This document shows, in pieces, positions 52,624-61,579 of a stretch of DNA of 64,000 bases (the stretch's first letter is position 1; every line of letters begins with the position of its first letter). The translations under genes were made by a program, and so were the position numbers. The stretch spans positions 104,234 to 168,233 of the forward strand of contig JABAAT010000024.1 in the NCBI GenBank assembly GCA_014238615.1, written 5' to 3'. A model generated the notes under the pieces. That model was not told where the DNA came from. It made no database searches and saw only the letters and a program-made list of their open reading frames with translations. The stretch comes from Gammaproteobacteria bacterium. Its GTDB lineage: Bacteria > Pseudomonadota > Gammaproteobacteria > Porifericomitales > Porifericomitaceae.

Positions 52624-54440
52624 GGCGCTGCTTCCATACGCGCTTCCGGAGAACCTTCCAGGGGGGGTTCCACGAGGGAAAAGGGGAGTCCCGCGTAAAG
52701 CACCCCGGGCGCGGGCCGCGCCTCCGGGCGAATGCCAAGTAGACGAAGGGCGTTGCCCATGACAGCCGCGAACACGGGTGCCGCCACGAGCCCCCCGAAG
52801 TACTCCCCGGCGCCAGGCTCGTCAATCATCACCACCAGCACCAGGCGCGGCGCACCCGCCGGCGCGAACCCCGCGAACAGCGACAGGTAGCGATGCTCCG
52901 CATAGCCGCCGGCCTCGGCCTTGTGTACGGTGCCGGTCTTACCGGCCACCCGGTAGCCAGGGACGGCCGCGCGGCGGCCGCTGCCGCCCGGTGCCGTCGC
53001 CGCTTCCAGCATGGAGCGCAGCTGGCGCACCTCGGCGGCGGGGAACACCCGTTGACCGGGCAACGGCCGCGTACGGCGCCGGAAGGTCAGCGGCACCCGC
53101 ACCCCGTCGTTGGCCAGCACGGCATACGCCTGGGCCAACTGCAGGGCGCTCAGGGAGACCCCGTAACCATATGCCGTGGTGGCCTGGTGCAGCGGCGTCC
53201 ACTCTTCGATTGGACTCAGACGCCCCGCGACCTCTCCGGGGAAACCAGTCTCGCTGATACTGCCCAGGCCGGCCGCACGCAACCCCTTCCACAGTAGTTC
53301 CGTGGGCAATGCCAGGGCCACCCGGGCGGCCCCCACGTTGCTGGACTTAATGAGCACCGAACGTAGTTCCAGCAGCCCGAAATTCCGGATATCGCTGATC
53401 CGATGACCGGCGAGGCGCATTTCGCCCGGCGTGGTGTCCACCGGGGTGGAGGAAAAATAGTCACCGCTCAGCAGGGCGCTGAGCACGGTAAAGGGCTTCA
53501 AGGTGGAACCCGGCTCAAACAGATCGGTGACGGCGCGGTTGCGGAAGTGGTCCGGACGCAGGGAACGGCGATTATTCGGATTAAAGGAAGGCTGATTCAC
53601 CAGGGCCAGAATTTCCCCGGTGGCCACATCCGCCAGTACCAGGGAACCGCCACGCGCCCGGTGCCGACTGACCGCCCGCTCCAACTGCACGTAGGCTTCA
53701 TGCTGCAGGCGCAGATCCAGGCTCAGCGCCAGGTTCCGGCCGGGGCGCGCCGCTTCAATGCGTCCCACGCGCTCCACGGCCCGGCCGAGCCGATCCCGAA
53801 CCACTTTCTTGCTGCCAGGCGTGCCGCGCAACCACTCATCGTAGACCAGCTCGGCGCCTTCCTGCCCGGCCTCGTCAACGTCGCTGAACCCCGTGACGTG
53901 CGCGGCGACCGCGCCGACCGGGTAGTAACGCCGATATTCCTCGCCCACAAACACCCCGGGCAACTTCAGCGCCGCCACTCGCGTCGCCAGCGCCGGACTG
54001 ATGCCGCGCCGTAGATAAAGGAAACGCTGCGCGGCGCGTTCCCGCAACCGGGCATTCAGGTCTCCGGAAGAGAGCGCCAGCAATTCCGTCAAACGCCCTC
54101 GCAGGCGCACTCCGGCGCGCGCCAAAAGCTCGGGATTCACCCACACCGAGCGCACCGGGGTACTCACGGCCAGGGGTTCACCGCGTCGATCCGTGATCAT
54201 GCCGCGGTGCACCGGCACATGGGCGGTGCGCAGAAAGCGATCCTGCCCCTCCCGGCGCAGCAGCTCCGAGGAAGCGTGCAGTTGCAGGTAAGCGACGCGC
54301 CCTGACAAACCCAGCGCCCCGCCGACCAGCACGGCCAGGAATAGCAGGTGACGACCCAGACTCATCGACCCAAACTCATTCACGAACACTCGGCGGCGCG
54401 CCGGGCCACGGTTCTTCAGGTAGGTTCGCTGCGTCCGCAC
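52620..54440 (-). CDS. ftsI: Peptidoglycan D,D-transpeptidase FtsI (PBP3).
   Basis: It has a TM anchor, a PBP dimerisation domain and a transpeptidase with SxxK (STLK), SxN and KTG. The start is uncertain: 54440 (which overlaps ftsL) or the internal ATG at 54365. Confidence 0.9.
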   Translation of the reverse strand: MRTQRTYLKNRGPARRRVFVNEFGSMSLGRHLLFLAVLVGGALGLSGRVAYLQLHASSELLRREGQDRFLRTAHVPVHRGMITDRRGEPLAVSTPVRSVWVNPELLARAGVRLRGRLTELLALSSGDLNARLRERAAQRFLYLRRGISPALATRVAALKLPGVFVGEEYRRYYPVGAVAAHVTGFSDVDEAGQEGAELVYDEWLRGTPGSKKVVRDRLGRAVERVGRIEAARPGRNLALSLDLRLQHEAYVQLERAVSRHRARGGSLVLADVATGEILALVNQPSFNPNNRRSLRPDHFRNRAVTDLFEPGSTLKPFTVLSALLSGDYFSSTPVDTTPGEMRLAGHRISDIRNFGLLELRSVLIKSSNVGAARVALALPTELLWKGLRAAGLGSISETGFPGEVAGRLSPIEEWTPLHQATTAYGYGVSLSALQLAQAYAVLANDGVRVPLTFRRRTRPLPGQRVFPAAEVRQLRSMLEAATAPGGSGRRAAVPGYRVAGKTGTVHKAEAGGYAEHRYLSLFAGFAPAGAPRLVLVVMIDEPGAGEYFGGLVAAPVFAAVMGNALRLLGIRPEARPAPGVLYAGLPFSLVEPPLEGSPEARMEAAP

Positions 54441-54708
54441 CCCCCAGTACCTTCCAGGTACCGGCCTGCAGATCGGGGAGCCGCATGTCCAGGCGCTCCC
54501 GCGCCAGGTTGGAAATACGCCCGCGGGCGGCCCAGCTGCCGTGCTCCAGGAGCAACCGGCCCCACTCCTCCCCCAGGTTCAGAAGATCGCGTTCCAGGTA
54601 CTCCAGTTCCATAAACGAATGCCGCACTTCATGGCGCGACCAGACCAGTCCCAGCGCCGAGACGAAGACCAGCGACCCAAGCAACAACAGCTGCACCCGG
54701 AATTTCAT
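54376..54708 (-). CDS. ftsL: Cell-division protein FtsL (110 aa).
   Basis: MKFRVQLLLLGSLVFVSALGLVW is a TM helix followed by a leucine-zipper-like region. The start overlaps the rsmH stop (ATGA). Confidence 0.8.
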   Translation of the reverse strand: MKFRVQLLLLGSLVFVSALGLVWSRHEVRHSFMELEYLERDLLNLGEEWGRLLLEHGSWAARGRISNLARERLDMRLPDLQAGTWKVLGGADAANLPEEPWPGAPPSVRE

Positions 54709-55670
54709 GCGGTGCGTTCCAGTACCCGCAGCAGGGCGCTGCGGCTGCGCCGGTTGGCGGTGCGCTCCGCGAGCCCGGAACGCACCGGCCGGCCCACCAC
54801 GCGGAAACGGGCCGCGGGCGGCGGCGGCGGCTCCAGTGAACCGTGGGGTAAAGCGGCGCGCGCCAGGGAACGCAGCCAGGTTTTCACCAGGCGATCCTCC
54901 AGGGAGTGGAAACTGATGATCAACAGACGTCCGCCGACCGCCAGCAGACCGGGAGCGGCGCGCAGCAGGCATTGCAGCTGTCCCGCCTCGTCGTTGATAT
55001 GGCGGCGCAGGGCCAGGAAAGCCCGGGTGGCCGGATGTCGACGATTTTCCCTGCAGGGCACTGCTCCCTCGATGATCCTCCCAAGATCATCGCCGCGCAC
55101 GATAGGGGCGGAGCACCGCACCCGCACGATGGCCTGGGCGATACGCCGCGCATGGCGCTCCCCGCCCTGGCTCACCAGCACTTCCTCGATCTCCCGGGCG
55201 GGAACGTCCCGCATCCAGTCCGTCACGCTCTCGCCCTGTTCCTGATCCATGCGCATGTCCAGCGGGCCCTCCCGCAGAAAACCGAAGCCGCGCCGTGGAT
55301 CATCCAACTGCAGGGAAGATATCCCCAGGTCCGCCAAAATTCCGTCCACCCCGCTCTCCATCCCGTGCGCCGCCGCCAGCTCCGCGACTTGGCTGAAACA
55401 GGCGTGCGCCGACAGGCAGCGCTGATCCGCATCGTGCCGCCGCCAGGCATGCAGCGCGGTTGGGTCCCGATCCAGCGCCAGCAACCGCCCTTCCGGACCC
55501 AGGAGCTCCAGCACCGCCGCGGCGTGCCCGCCACCGCCCAAAGTGCAATCGATGTAGCGTCCGCCCGCCCGCACCCGCAAACTGGAAAGCACTTCTTCCA
55601 GCAGCACCGGCCGGTGACCGACTCCGGGGCCGGACCCGAAGTCTCCCGGCGCACGGGACATTTCTTCCAC
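54705..55670 (-). CDS. rsmH: 16S rRNA m4C1402 methyltransferase RsmH (MraW).
   Basis: HRPVLLEEV, DCTLGGGGH and SLEDR motifs. Confidence 0.93.
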   Translation of the reverse strand: MEEMSRAPGDFGSGPGVGHRPVLLEEVLSSLRVRAGGRYIDCTLGGGGHAAAVLELLGPEGRLLALDRDPTALHAWRRHDADQRCLSAHACFSQVAELAAAHGMESGVDGILADLGISSLQLDDPRRGFGFLREGPLDMRMDQEQGESVTDWMRDVPAREIEEVLVSQGGERHARRIAQAIVRVRCSAPIVRGDDLGRIIEGAVPCRENRRHPATRAFLALRRHINDEAGQLQCLLRAAPGLLAVGGRLLIISFHSLEDRLVKTWLRSLARAALPHGSLEPPPPPAARFRVVGRPVRSGLAERTANRRSRSALLRVLERTA

Positions 55671-55681
55671 GCCATCCCGGC

Positions 55682-56143
55682 TCAGAAAGGAACCTGTCCC
55701 AGGTACTCCATGATCTCCTCATTTCGAGAGTGCACTTCCTCCAGCCAGCTGCGCCGTTTCTCGTTCCAGCGCTCCAATGACCAGATCTCCAGCTTGTTGC
55801 CTTGTCCCAGGCACATCGCCTGCTTTCCCAGCTCGGCGTGCTCACGCAGCGGCTGACTCAACAGCACCCGCCCGTTGCCGTCGCAACGGCAATCGATGGC
55901 GTTGCCACGCAGCAACTGCTTGGCGTTGCGGTGGTAGATATTGGCGTCCGAGAGCCGATCCAGGTGCGCGTCCAGTTCTTCCCACTGCTCAAGCGGGTAG
56001 ATCCAGAGGGCGGCCTCCAGGGGGCTCACCGTGAGCACCAGGGATAAGCTGTTATTCTCCCGCAACAGGTTTCTATACCGCCCGGGAATCGCGAGGCGGT
56101 ATTTACTGTCCAGCGTGATGATTTGTGAGCCGCGGAAAGACAT
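55682..56143 (-). CDS. mraZ: Transcriptional regulator MraZ (153 aa).
   Basis: Tandem DUF-MraZ repeats (MSFRGSQIITLDSKYRLAIP...). The ATG at 56143 is preferred. Confidence 0.88.
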   Translation of the reverse strand: MSFRGSQIITLDSKYRLAIPGRYRNLLRENNSLSLVLTVSPLEAALWIYPLEQWEELDAHLDRLSDANIYHRNAKQLLRGNAIDCRCDGNGRVLLSQPLREHAELGKQAMCLGQGNKLEIWSLERWNEKRRSWLEEVHSRNEEIMEYLGQVPF

Positions 56144-56183
56144 TTTGGAGACCCGGCCGTGCTGGCCCCTTGGAGGAGATATT

Positions 56184-56217
56184 CCACAAGAAACCATTTC
56201 TTACCACAATTCCCCAC
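56184..56217 (-). promoter_or_regulatory. Candidate MraZ operator: four GTGG-type boxes at exact 10-bp spacing.
   Basis: The minus strand reads GTGGGGAATT GTGGTAAGAA ATGGTTTCTT GTGGAATATC, with CCAC on the plus strand at 56184/56194/56204/56214. The boxes lie 40-75 nt upstream of the mraZ ATG. MraZ in E. coli is known to bind GTGGG direct repeats with 10-bp periodicity. Confidence 0.55.
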
Positions 56218-56218
56218 A

Positions 56219-56248
56219 AGATTACTCTACAGAACCACCCCTGTCAAG
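56219..56248 (-). promoter_or_regulatory. Putative Pmra sigma70 promoter (TTGACA-N18-TAATCT).
   Basis: The minus strand reads cTTGACAggggtggttctgtagagTAATCTtgtgggg, sitting immediately upstream of the GTGG boxes. Confidence 0.45.
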
Positions 56249-56443
56249 TCTGAAAGCAAAAAAATTTCCAAGGTTCCCCGAGGCGAGGTGGGCTGACAGC
56301 CCCCGGCGCCATCCATCCATCCTCCCCCGTGGGAAAGCCGTGCTAAACCCCCGGGCGACCGGACAGGATGCAGAGCTGGGCCGGTCGGGCCAGCGCGGCG
56401 CCAAAACAACCCGGGAGACGACAATCCGGGAGTTTGCGGCCGG

Positions 56444-56503
56444 GTGGCCGCCGCGCGGCGAGAGTGGCCGCCGCGCGGCGAGAGTGGCCGCCGCGCGGCG
56501 AGA
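56444..56503. repeat. Perfect tandem repeat, 3 x 20 bp (GTGGCCGCCGCGCGGCGAGA). Each unit contains the 10-bp palindrome GCCGCGCGGC.
   Basis: Seen directly in the sequence. It lies inside a 1.1-kb stretch (56144-57282) with no convincing ORF. Confidence 0.9.
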
Positions 56504-57282
56504 GTTCAACGGCTTTCAGGAAAGGAGCGGGGAGCCCGGTCGGGCTGGGTCCACGCCTCGGTCACTAAAGATCAGGTTGACGTTGGTGATCAGGCCGGTA
56601 TGCCCGCGGCCCGCGAAAACTTCCGAGTGATGCGCGGACCTTCTCATCCACCTTCAGCGTCCGGCGCCTGGCCTGCCGACTGTGCAGGGCAAGCTCCGAC
56701 CCCACCCGGAGGCGCCCATGGCCGAATTCGCCGGAAACCCCACGGGCAGGCGACTTCCAGCCGGGTCTTGAGGCCCAGCTACAGGATGCCCACCGACTCG
56801 GCCACCGGGTCAGCCGCGAGCCGGAAACACATCCTCCGCCGACCTGCTCCTCTGACCGGCAGGTAACACTCAACCTGCCGTCCAGGGAAAGCCGGCAGCG
56901 GTCCAGAAAGCGCCCTGCCTGATCGTTAGACCGCGGCGAAGGTCGGCTCCCACGGAACCGGAAGTGCGGCTCCGTCCCCATGCGGTCGCTTTCCCCTGTT
57001 GAGTCCGTAGTCATCCTGGGTGATGGAGTCTTCCCTGGAGGTGAGCGAGAGTCTTGGTGGAACGCTGATGCAGCCGGCCGGGCGGCCGCCATTTGCAACC
57101 CGGTTGCGAGCTCACCGCCTGCCGGGAGGTATCTCCAGGGGGCAACACCAGGCCGAACTAGACGCCAGGTTCCAGGGATGCTGCTCTCCCGCGGCGGTGT
57201 TCCAAAACCCACGCCCGCGTGCCGATATCGCGGACAAAGCCTTCATGTATAATTGCACTGTATCTCTCCAGAGGATTCATCA

Positions 57283-58122
57283 GTGAACCAGACTGCGGAA
57301 CAGATTCAAGCCATCCCGGACATCCAGTCCACCCCGGACGCCCGGCGCTTGGCCATCGACCGGGTCGGTATCAAGGATATCCGCCACCCGGTGGTCATCC
57401 GTGACCGCACCGGGCGCGACCAGCATACCGTGGCGCGTTTCAACATGTATGTGCGGTTGCCGCATCACTTTAAGGGCACGCACATGTCGCGCTTCGTGGA
57501 AATCCTGAACCGCCATGAATACGAAATCACGGTGGACACCTTCCGCGACATGCTGGTGGAGATGCGCCGGGTGCTGGATGTCGAGTCCGGCGCCATCGAA
57601 ATGAGCTTCCCGCTGTTCATCTCCAAGGCCGCGCCGGTGTCCAACGTGCAAAGCCTCATGGACTATGAAGTCAGCTTTATCGGCCAAGTGAACAAGGCCG
57701 GACAGGAAGTGATCGTGCGGGTCGTCGTACCGGTCACGACCCTGTGCCCCTGCTCTAAGAAGATCTCCGACTACGGGGCGCACAACCAGCGCTCCCACGT
57801 CACTCTGGAAGTGCGCCTGCGCGAATTCGTCTGGGTCGAGGAGCTGATCGGGATGGTGGAAGAAGTAGCCTCCTGCGAGCTCTACGGGCTGCTCAAAAGA
57901 CCGGACGAAAAGTACGTCACCGAACGCGCCTACGAAAACCCGAAGTTCGTGGAAGACATCGTACGGGATCTCGCGGTGCGCTTGAAGAAAGACCCACGCA
58001 TCGCCGCCTTCAAGGTGGAATCCGAGAACTTTGAGTCAATCCACAATCATTCCGCCTATGCCATGCTGCGCCACGACAAGGACAGGCCGAAGCAGGAGCA
58101 GACCGCGGACAGGGGCTCCTGA
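57283..58122 (+). CDS. folE2: GTP cyclohydrolase FolE2 (MptA/DUF198 family).
   Basis: [29 protein letters not shown] matches the FolE2 N-terminal consensus. A GTG at 57283 is preferred ([16 protein letters not shown]). The tracked ORF starts at a TTG at 57253 that overlaps the TATAAT box at 57248-57253. Confidence 0.8.
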   Translation: MNQTAEQIQAIPDIQSTPDARRLAIDRVGIKDIRHPVVIRDRTGRDQHTVARFNMYVRLPHHFKGTHMSRFVEILNRHEYEITVDTFRDMLVEMRRVLDVESGAIEMSFPLFISKAAPVSNVQSLMDYEVSFIGQVNKAGQEVIVRVVVPVTTLCPCSKKISDYGAHNQRSHVTLEVRLREFVWVEELIGMVEEVASCELYGLLKRPDEKYVTERAYENPKFVEDIVRDLAVRLKKDPRIAAFKVESENFESIHNHSAYAMLRHDKDRPKQEQTADRGS

Positions 58123-58160
58123 CTGATCCGGCCTGACTGATCCGGCCTGACTGATCCAGG
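58119..58160. repeat. Tandem 14-bp repeat (CTGACTGATCCGGC, about 3 copies) carrying TGA stops in several frames.
   Basis: It starts at the folE2 stop codon and sits between the convergent folE2 and GGDEF genes. Confidence 0.8.
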
Positions 58161-58250
58161 TACAGGGGAGTTGAAGATCAAGAACAGGTGGGAGGGGGAG
58201 GAGCAGACCGTGGACACCGCCTGGCGCACGCCGCGAACGGCGCATTGCCG

Positions 58251-59600
58251 TCAGGTATTGCCGCCCAGATTGTCGCCAGGATTGCCGTTGGTTTGGTCAG
58301 CCGCCGTGCTGGAATCACCGGCCGCCGCGTTGGGATCATAAGTTTCCACCCGGTTGCGGCCGGACCGCTTAGCCTGGTAAAGAGCCTTATCAGCAAGTTG
58401 CACCAGGAATTCCGGACTCTGCTCCCGGACCGCCCGCACACAGGCAACTCCCAGGCTGGCTGAGACCACCGGACCGCTTTTCGATGCGGTGAGCCACACC
58501 CTCAAGGAAGGCATCGCCACGCGGATCTGCTCAGCAATGGAGCGCGCCTCCACAAGATCGGTTTCAGCCAGCACCACGGCAAATTCCTCTCCTCCATAAC
58601 GCGCCACCAGGTCACCACCGCGCCGTCCATAGCTTTGCAGGAGACCCGCCACGGCGCGCAGGCAGGCGTCCCCCGCCGGGTGCCCGTAGTGATCGTTGTA
58701 ACGCTTGAAGTGATCCACATCAAGCAGGATCAACGACAACGGCCGCCCGGTGCGGCAGGCGCGGCGCCATTCACGGCCCAGGAAATCATCAAAAAACCTC
58801 CGGTTGGCGAGCCGCGTCAGGCTGTCCTGCTGGGAAAGCTCGGTATAGTGAACCACTTGCTGTAGTGCGTGTTGTCTCTGGAACTGCAAGCGCAGGTATT
58901 CAGCAGCCTGCGCCGCCAGGCGCAACCGCGCCGGAAAATTCAGCACACGACCTTGTCGATCCGGGATCAGTATGGCCAGGCAGGCCAGCTGCAGGACCAT
59001 CTCCAAGCCGACCTCCGGCTGCAAAACAACATGGTACACCTCGGCCTCCAGTACACCCAGCAGGACGAGCAACAGGACCATGGGCGACGGCAACAACAAC
59101 AACACCTGGAAACCGAACAGGCGCCAGGGAGGCCAATAGAGTTCCCGTATCGCGAGTATGGCCAGCAACCACATGCCGAATATTAATGGCTGGGAATCCA
59201 CTAAATCGTGGTACGGCAGCAGCCCGGCGGAGCCCACACCCCAAAGCAGGCCATGCGCCAGCCAGGCGGCTTCATGCAGCTTCAGCGCCTGGGAGCCGTT
59301 CTCCCGGGGCGGTGCCGCGCCCGCTCTCAAACTCAAACCCAGGCTCAGACCCAGGCTCACCACAAGACTCATGATCCAAAGCGGGTACCAGCCGACGGAT
59401 ACCACCTCCCTGCAGACGGTGAACGCCAGGAACATCAGGAAGCCACTGGCCAGGGACAGCCAAAGGGGAAAAGCGGGAGGGGTGGTTTCCCAAGGTAAAT
59501 CCGCGGACCTTTCGGGACGCGGTTTCTCTACGGAGCCCGTGTCGTCAGGCAGTTGCTCCTTGTCCGTGCTGCGCCGCCGATCAACCATGGTATTCAGCAC
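58251..59600 (-). CDS. Membrane-anchored GGDEF-domain diguanylate cyclase.
   Basis: It has an N-terminal multi-TM sensor region. The C-terminal GGDEF domain carries RYGGEEF and a catalytic site compatible with activity. Confidence 0.85.
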   Translation of the reverse strand: MLNTMVDRRRSTDKEQLPDDTGSVEKPRPERSADLPWETTPPAFPLWLSLASGFLMFLAFTVCREVVSVGWYPLWIMSLVVSLGLSLGLSLRAGAAPPRENGSQALKLHEAAWLAHGLLWGVGSAGLLPYHDLVDSQPLIFGMWLLAILAIRELYWPPWRLFGFQVLLLLPSPMVLLLVLLGVLEAEVYHVVLQPEVGLEMVLQLACLAILIPDRQGRVLNFPARLRLAAQAAEYLRLQFQRQHALQQVVHYTELSQQDSLTRLANRRFFDDFLGREWRRACRTGRPLSLILLDVDHFKRYNDHYGHPAGDACLRAVAGLLQSYGRRGGDLVARYGGEEFAVVLAETDLVEARSIAEQIRVAMPSLRVWLTASKSGPVVSASLGVACVRAVREQSPEFLVQLADKALYQAKRSGRNRVETYDPNAAAGDSSTAADQTNGNPGDNLGGNT

Positions 59601-59637
59601 TCACGCCTGGCACACACCGGCATTGCCCTCACAAAAT

Positions 59638-59681
59638 TTGTCCAAAAAATTTGTCCAAAAATTGTCCAAAAAATTGTGATG
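59638..59681. repeat. AT-rich direct repeats TTGTCCAAAA (3 full copies plus one degenerate) at spacings of 13, 11 and 12 bp, upstream of the GGDEF gene.
   Basis: tttgtccaaaaaatttgtccaaaaattgtccaaaaaattgtga. On the minus strand this reads as TTTTGGACAA repeats, 38-80 nt upstream of the start codon. Confidence 0.85.
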
Positions 59682-59986
59682 AGCGTAACAACATACAGCT
59701 AAAGGAAGCATGAGCATGTACAATCTCGAAGCAGGGTTCCGGAAATCGTCCTCAGTACAATACGTCAAGCGAGTTCAGCGCATCCAGGCGCATGTAGAGT
59801 CAGCACCATATCCCTGATGGCGTAACCCTGATGGCATAATAACGTAAACAGGCTTTCCGTGGCTCACCCCGGGCGAACCGCGAACCGCTCCGAGCACGCC
59901 CAGACACACGGCGGCTACCCGTCACCCCAAGGAGTAAACAGCACCATGACAAGCCTTCTCAGCTCCCCACCCGCACACGGGCAGTC

Positions 59987-60751
59987 ATGACCACCGGCCG
60001 CTTGACCGGACGCAGCATGGTGATCACAGGCGCATCCGGAGAAATCGGCGCGGCGACGGCGCGGCTTTGTGCGCGGCACGGCGCACGCATCGGGGTGCAT
60101 TATCATCGCTCGCGGGACGCCGCGACACGCCTCGTGGAAGAAATCCGCGCGGCCAACGGCAGCGCCGAGGCGTTGCGCGCCGACCTCTCCAGAGAGGACG
60201 AAGTCAATGCCCTGGTGACGAAAGCCGGTGCGCGCCTGGGGCACCTGGACGCCTGGTTCAACAACGCCGGCGCCGATATCCTCACCGGAGAGAACGCGCG
60301 GACTGGAGACAACGCGCGCCTGCGACGACTGCTGGAGGTAGATCTGCTGGGCACCATCCTGTGCTGCTGGAAGGTCGCTCCACTCATGCAGAAAGCAGGC
60401 GGCGGGGTCATCATCAACATGTCCTGGGACCTGTCCGGCCAAGGAATGGCCGGGCGCAATCCGGAGATTTTCGCGGCCGTAAAGGGCGGCGTGACGGCCT
60501 TCACCAAGTGCCTGGCGAAATCTCAGGCGCCCCTGGTACGGGTCAACGACGTAGCCCCCGGCTGGATCGAGACCGCCTTCGCCCGCGAGGTGATGAGCCG
60601 CGAATACTACGAAGACGTGGTGCAAAAGACGCCCCTGCAACGCTTCGGCGCCCCGGAAGACGTGGCCCAGGCGGTGCTCTTCCTAGTTTCCCGGGAAGCC
60701 GACTTCATCACCGGGCAGACCATACGCGTGAACGGCGGCCTGGTTTCCTGA
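59987..60751 (+). CDS. Short-chain dehydrogenase/reductase (FabG-like).
   Basis: ITGASGEIGAA is the Rossmann TGxxxGxG motif. NNAG, and a YxxxK inferred in the central region, fit the SDR family. Confidence 0.8.
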   Translation: MTTGRLTGRSMVITGASGEIGAATARLCARHGARIGVHYHRSRDAATRLVEEIRAANGSAEALRADLSREDEVNALVTKAGARLGHLDAWFNNAGADILTGENARTGDNARLRRLLEVDLLGTILCCWKVAPLMQKAGGGVIINMSWDLSGQGMAGRNPEIFAAVKGGVTAFTKCLAKSQAPLVRVNDVAPGWIETAFAREVMSREYYEDVVQKTPLQRFGAPEDVAQAVLFLVSREADFITGQTIRVNGGLVS

Positions 60752-60779
60752 GTCCCGCCCCCCGCGCCACGCGGCGCAT

Positions 60780-61295
60780 TCAGTAACGTAACAGCGTGTG
60801 CACCCGGTGCCCGGCAAGCCGCGCCCGCCCGCCCAGATCACCCAACTCCACCACGAAGGCGCAGCCCAGCACCTCGGCTCCGGCCTGCTCCAGCAGTGCA
60901 CATGCCGCCGCCGCCGTGCCGCCGGTGGCGAGCAGGTCATCCAGCAGTAACACCCGGCCACCAGCGGGAAGCAGTTCCGCGCCCAGTTCCAGGCGGTCCG
61001 CGCCGTATTCAAGTTCGTAATCCACCCCCAACACCTTCCCGGGCAGCTTGCCCGGCTTGCGCAGAGGCACGAACCCGGCGCCCAGCGCAAGCGCGGCGGG
61101 TGCCCCGAACAAAAACCCCCGCGCTTCCACGGCTGCCACCCAGCCCACGCGCGCTTCCAGGAACGGCCGGCAAAGCTCCGAAACGGTCTGCTCCATGGCC
61201 CTCGGGGCGGCCAGCAAAGGTGTGAGGTCCCGGAACAGAATGCCGGGACGGGGGAAATCAGGGATGGAATGAATGTAAGTTCTCAATTCCAGCAT
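60780..61295 (-). CDS. apt: Adenine phosphoribosyltransferase.
   Basis: IPDFPRPGILFRDLTPLL and the PRPP-binding VLLLDDLLATGGT motif. Confidence 0.92.
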   Translation of the reverse strand: MLELRTYIHSIPDFPRPGILFRDLTPLLAAPRAMEQTVSELCRPFLEARVGWVAAVEARGFLFGAPAALALGAGFVPLRKPGKLPGKVLGVDYELEYGADRLELGAELLPAGGRVLLLDDLLATGGTAAAACALLEQAGAEVLGCAFVVELGDLGGRARLAGHRVHTLLRY

Positions 61296-61579
61296 GGTTT
61301 CAACTCATGATTGATGACCGCGCCGCACCCCACGCCCAGCCGCATGAACCGCCGCATAAACCGCGCATGCACCCCTGGCCCGGAACCGGCTTCTTCCCGG
61401 ACGCCGGGGAAAGCGACCCGCCTGCAAAACACGTGGCGCACACCGCGCCCGAACCCCGCAATAGAGCAACCGCCCGCATTCCAGAGTATAATCGCTGTAC
61501 ACTAATAAAGATGGCTGTCGCACCGACTGCGGCGCGCGGCCGCTCCCGTTCAATTCCTCGGAAACTGCAACAGCAAGTG

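Noticed and set aside
56250-57250. Possible rnpB (RNase P RNA) upstream of mraZ, as seen in Pseudomonas.
   Set aside because: I looked on both strands for the conserved P4 and 3'-end motifs (GGAAAGTCCGGGCTCC, ACAGAACCCGGCTTA, GGTAACGCC). No acceptable matches were found.
57060-57282. ZTP/pfl-type riboswitch upstream of folE2.
   Set aside because: A TATAAT box lies only about 30 nt before the start codon. This leaves too short a 5'-UTR, and I could not recognise the pfl consensus helices.
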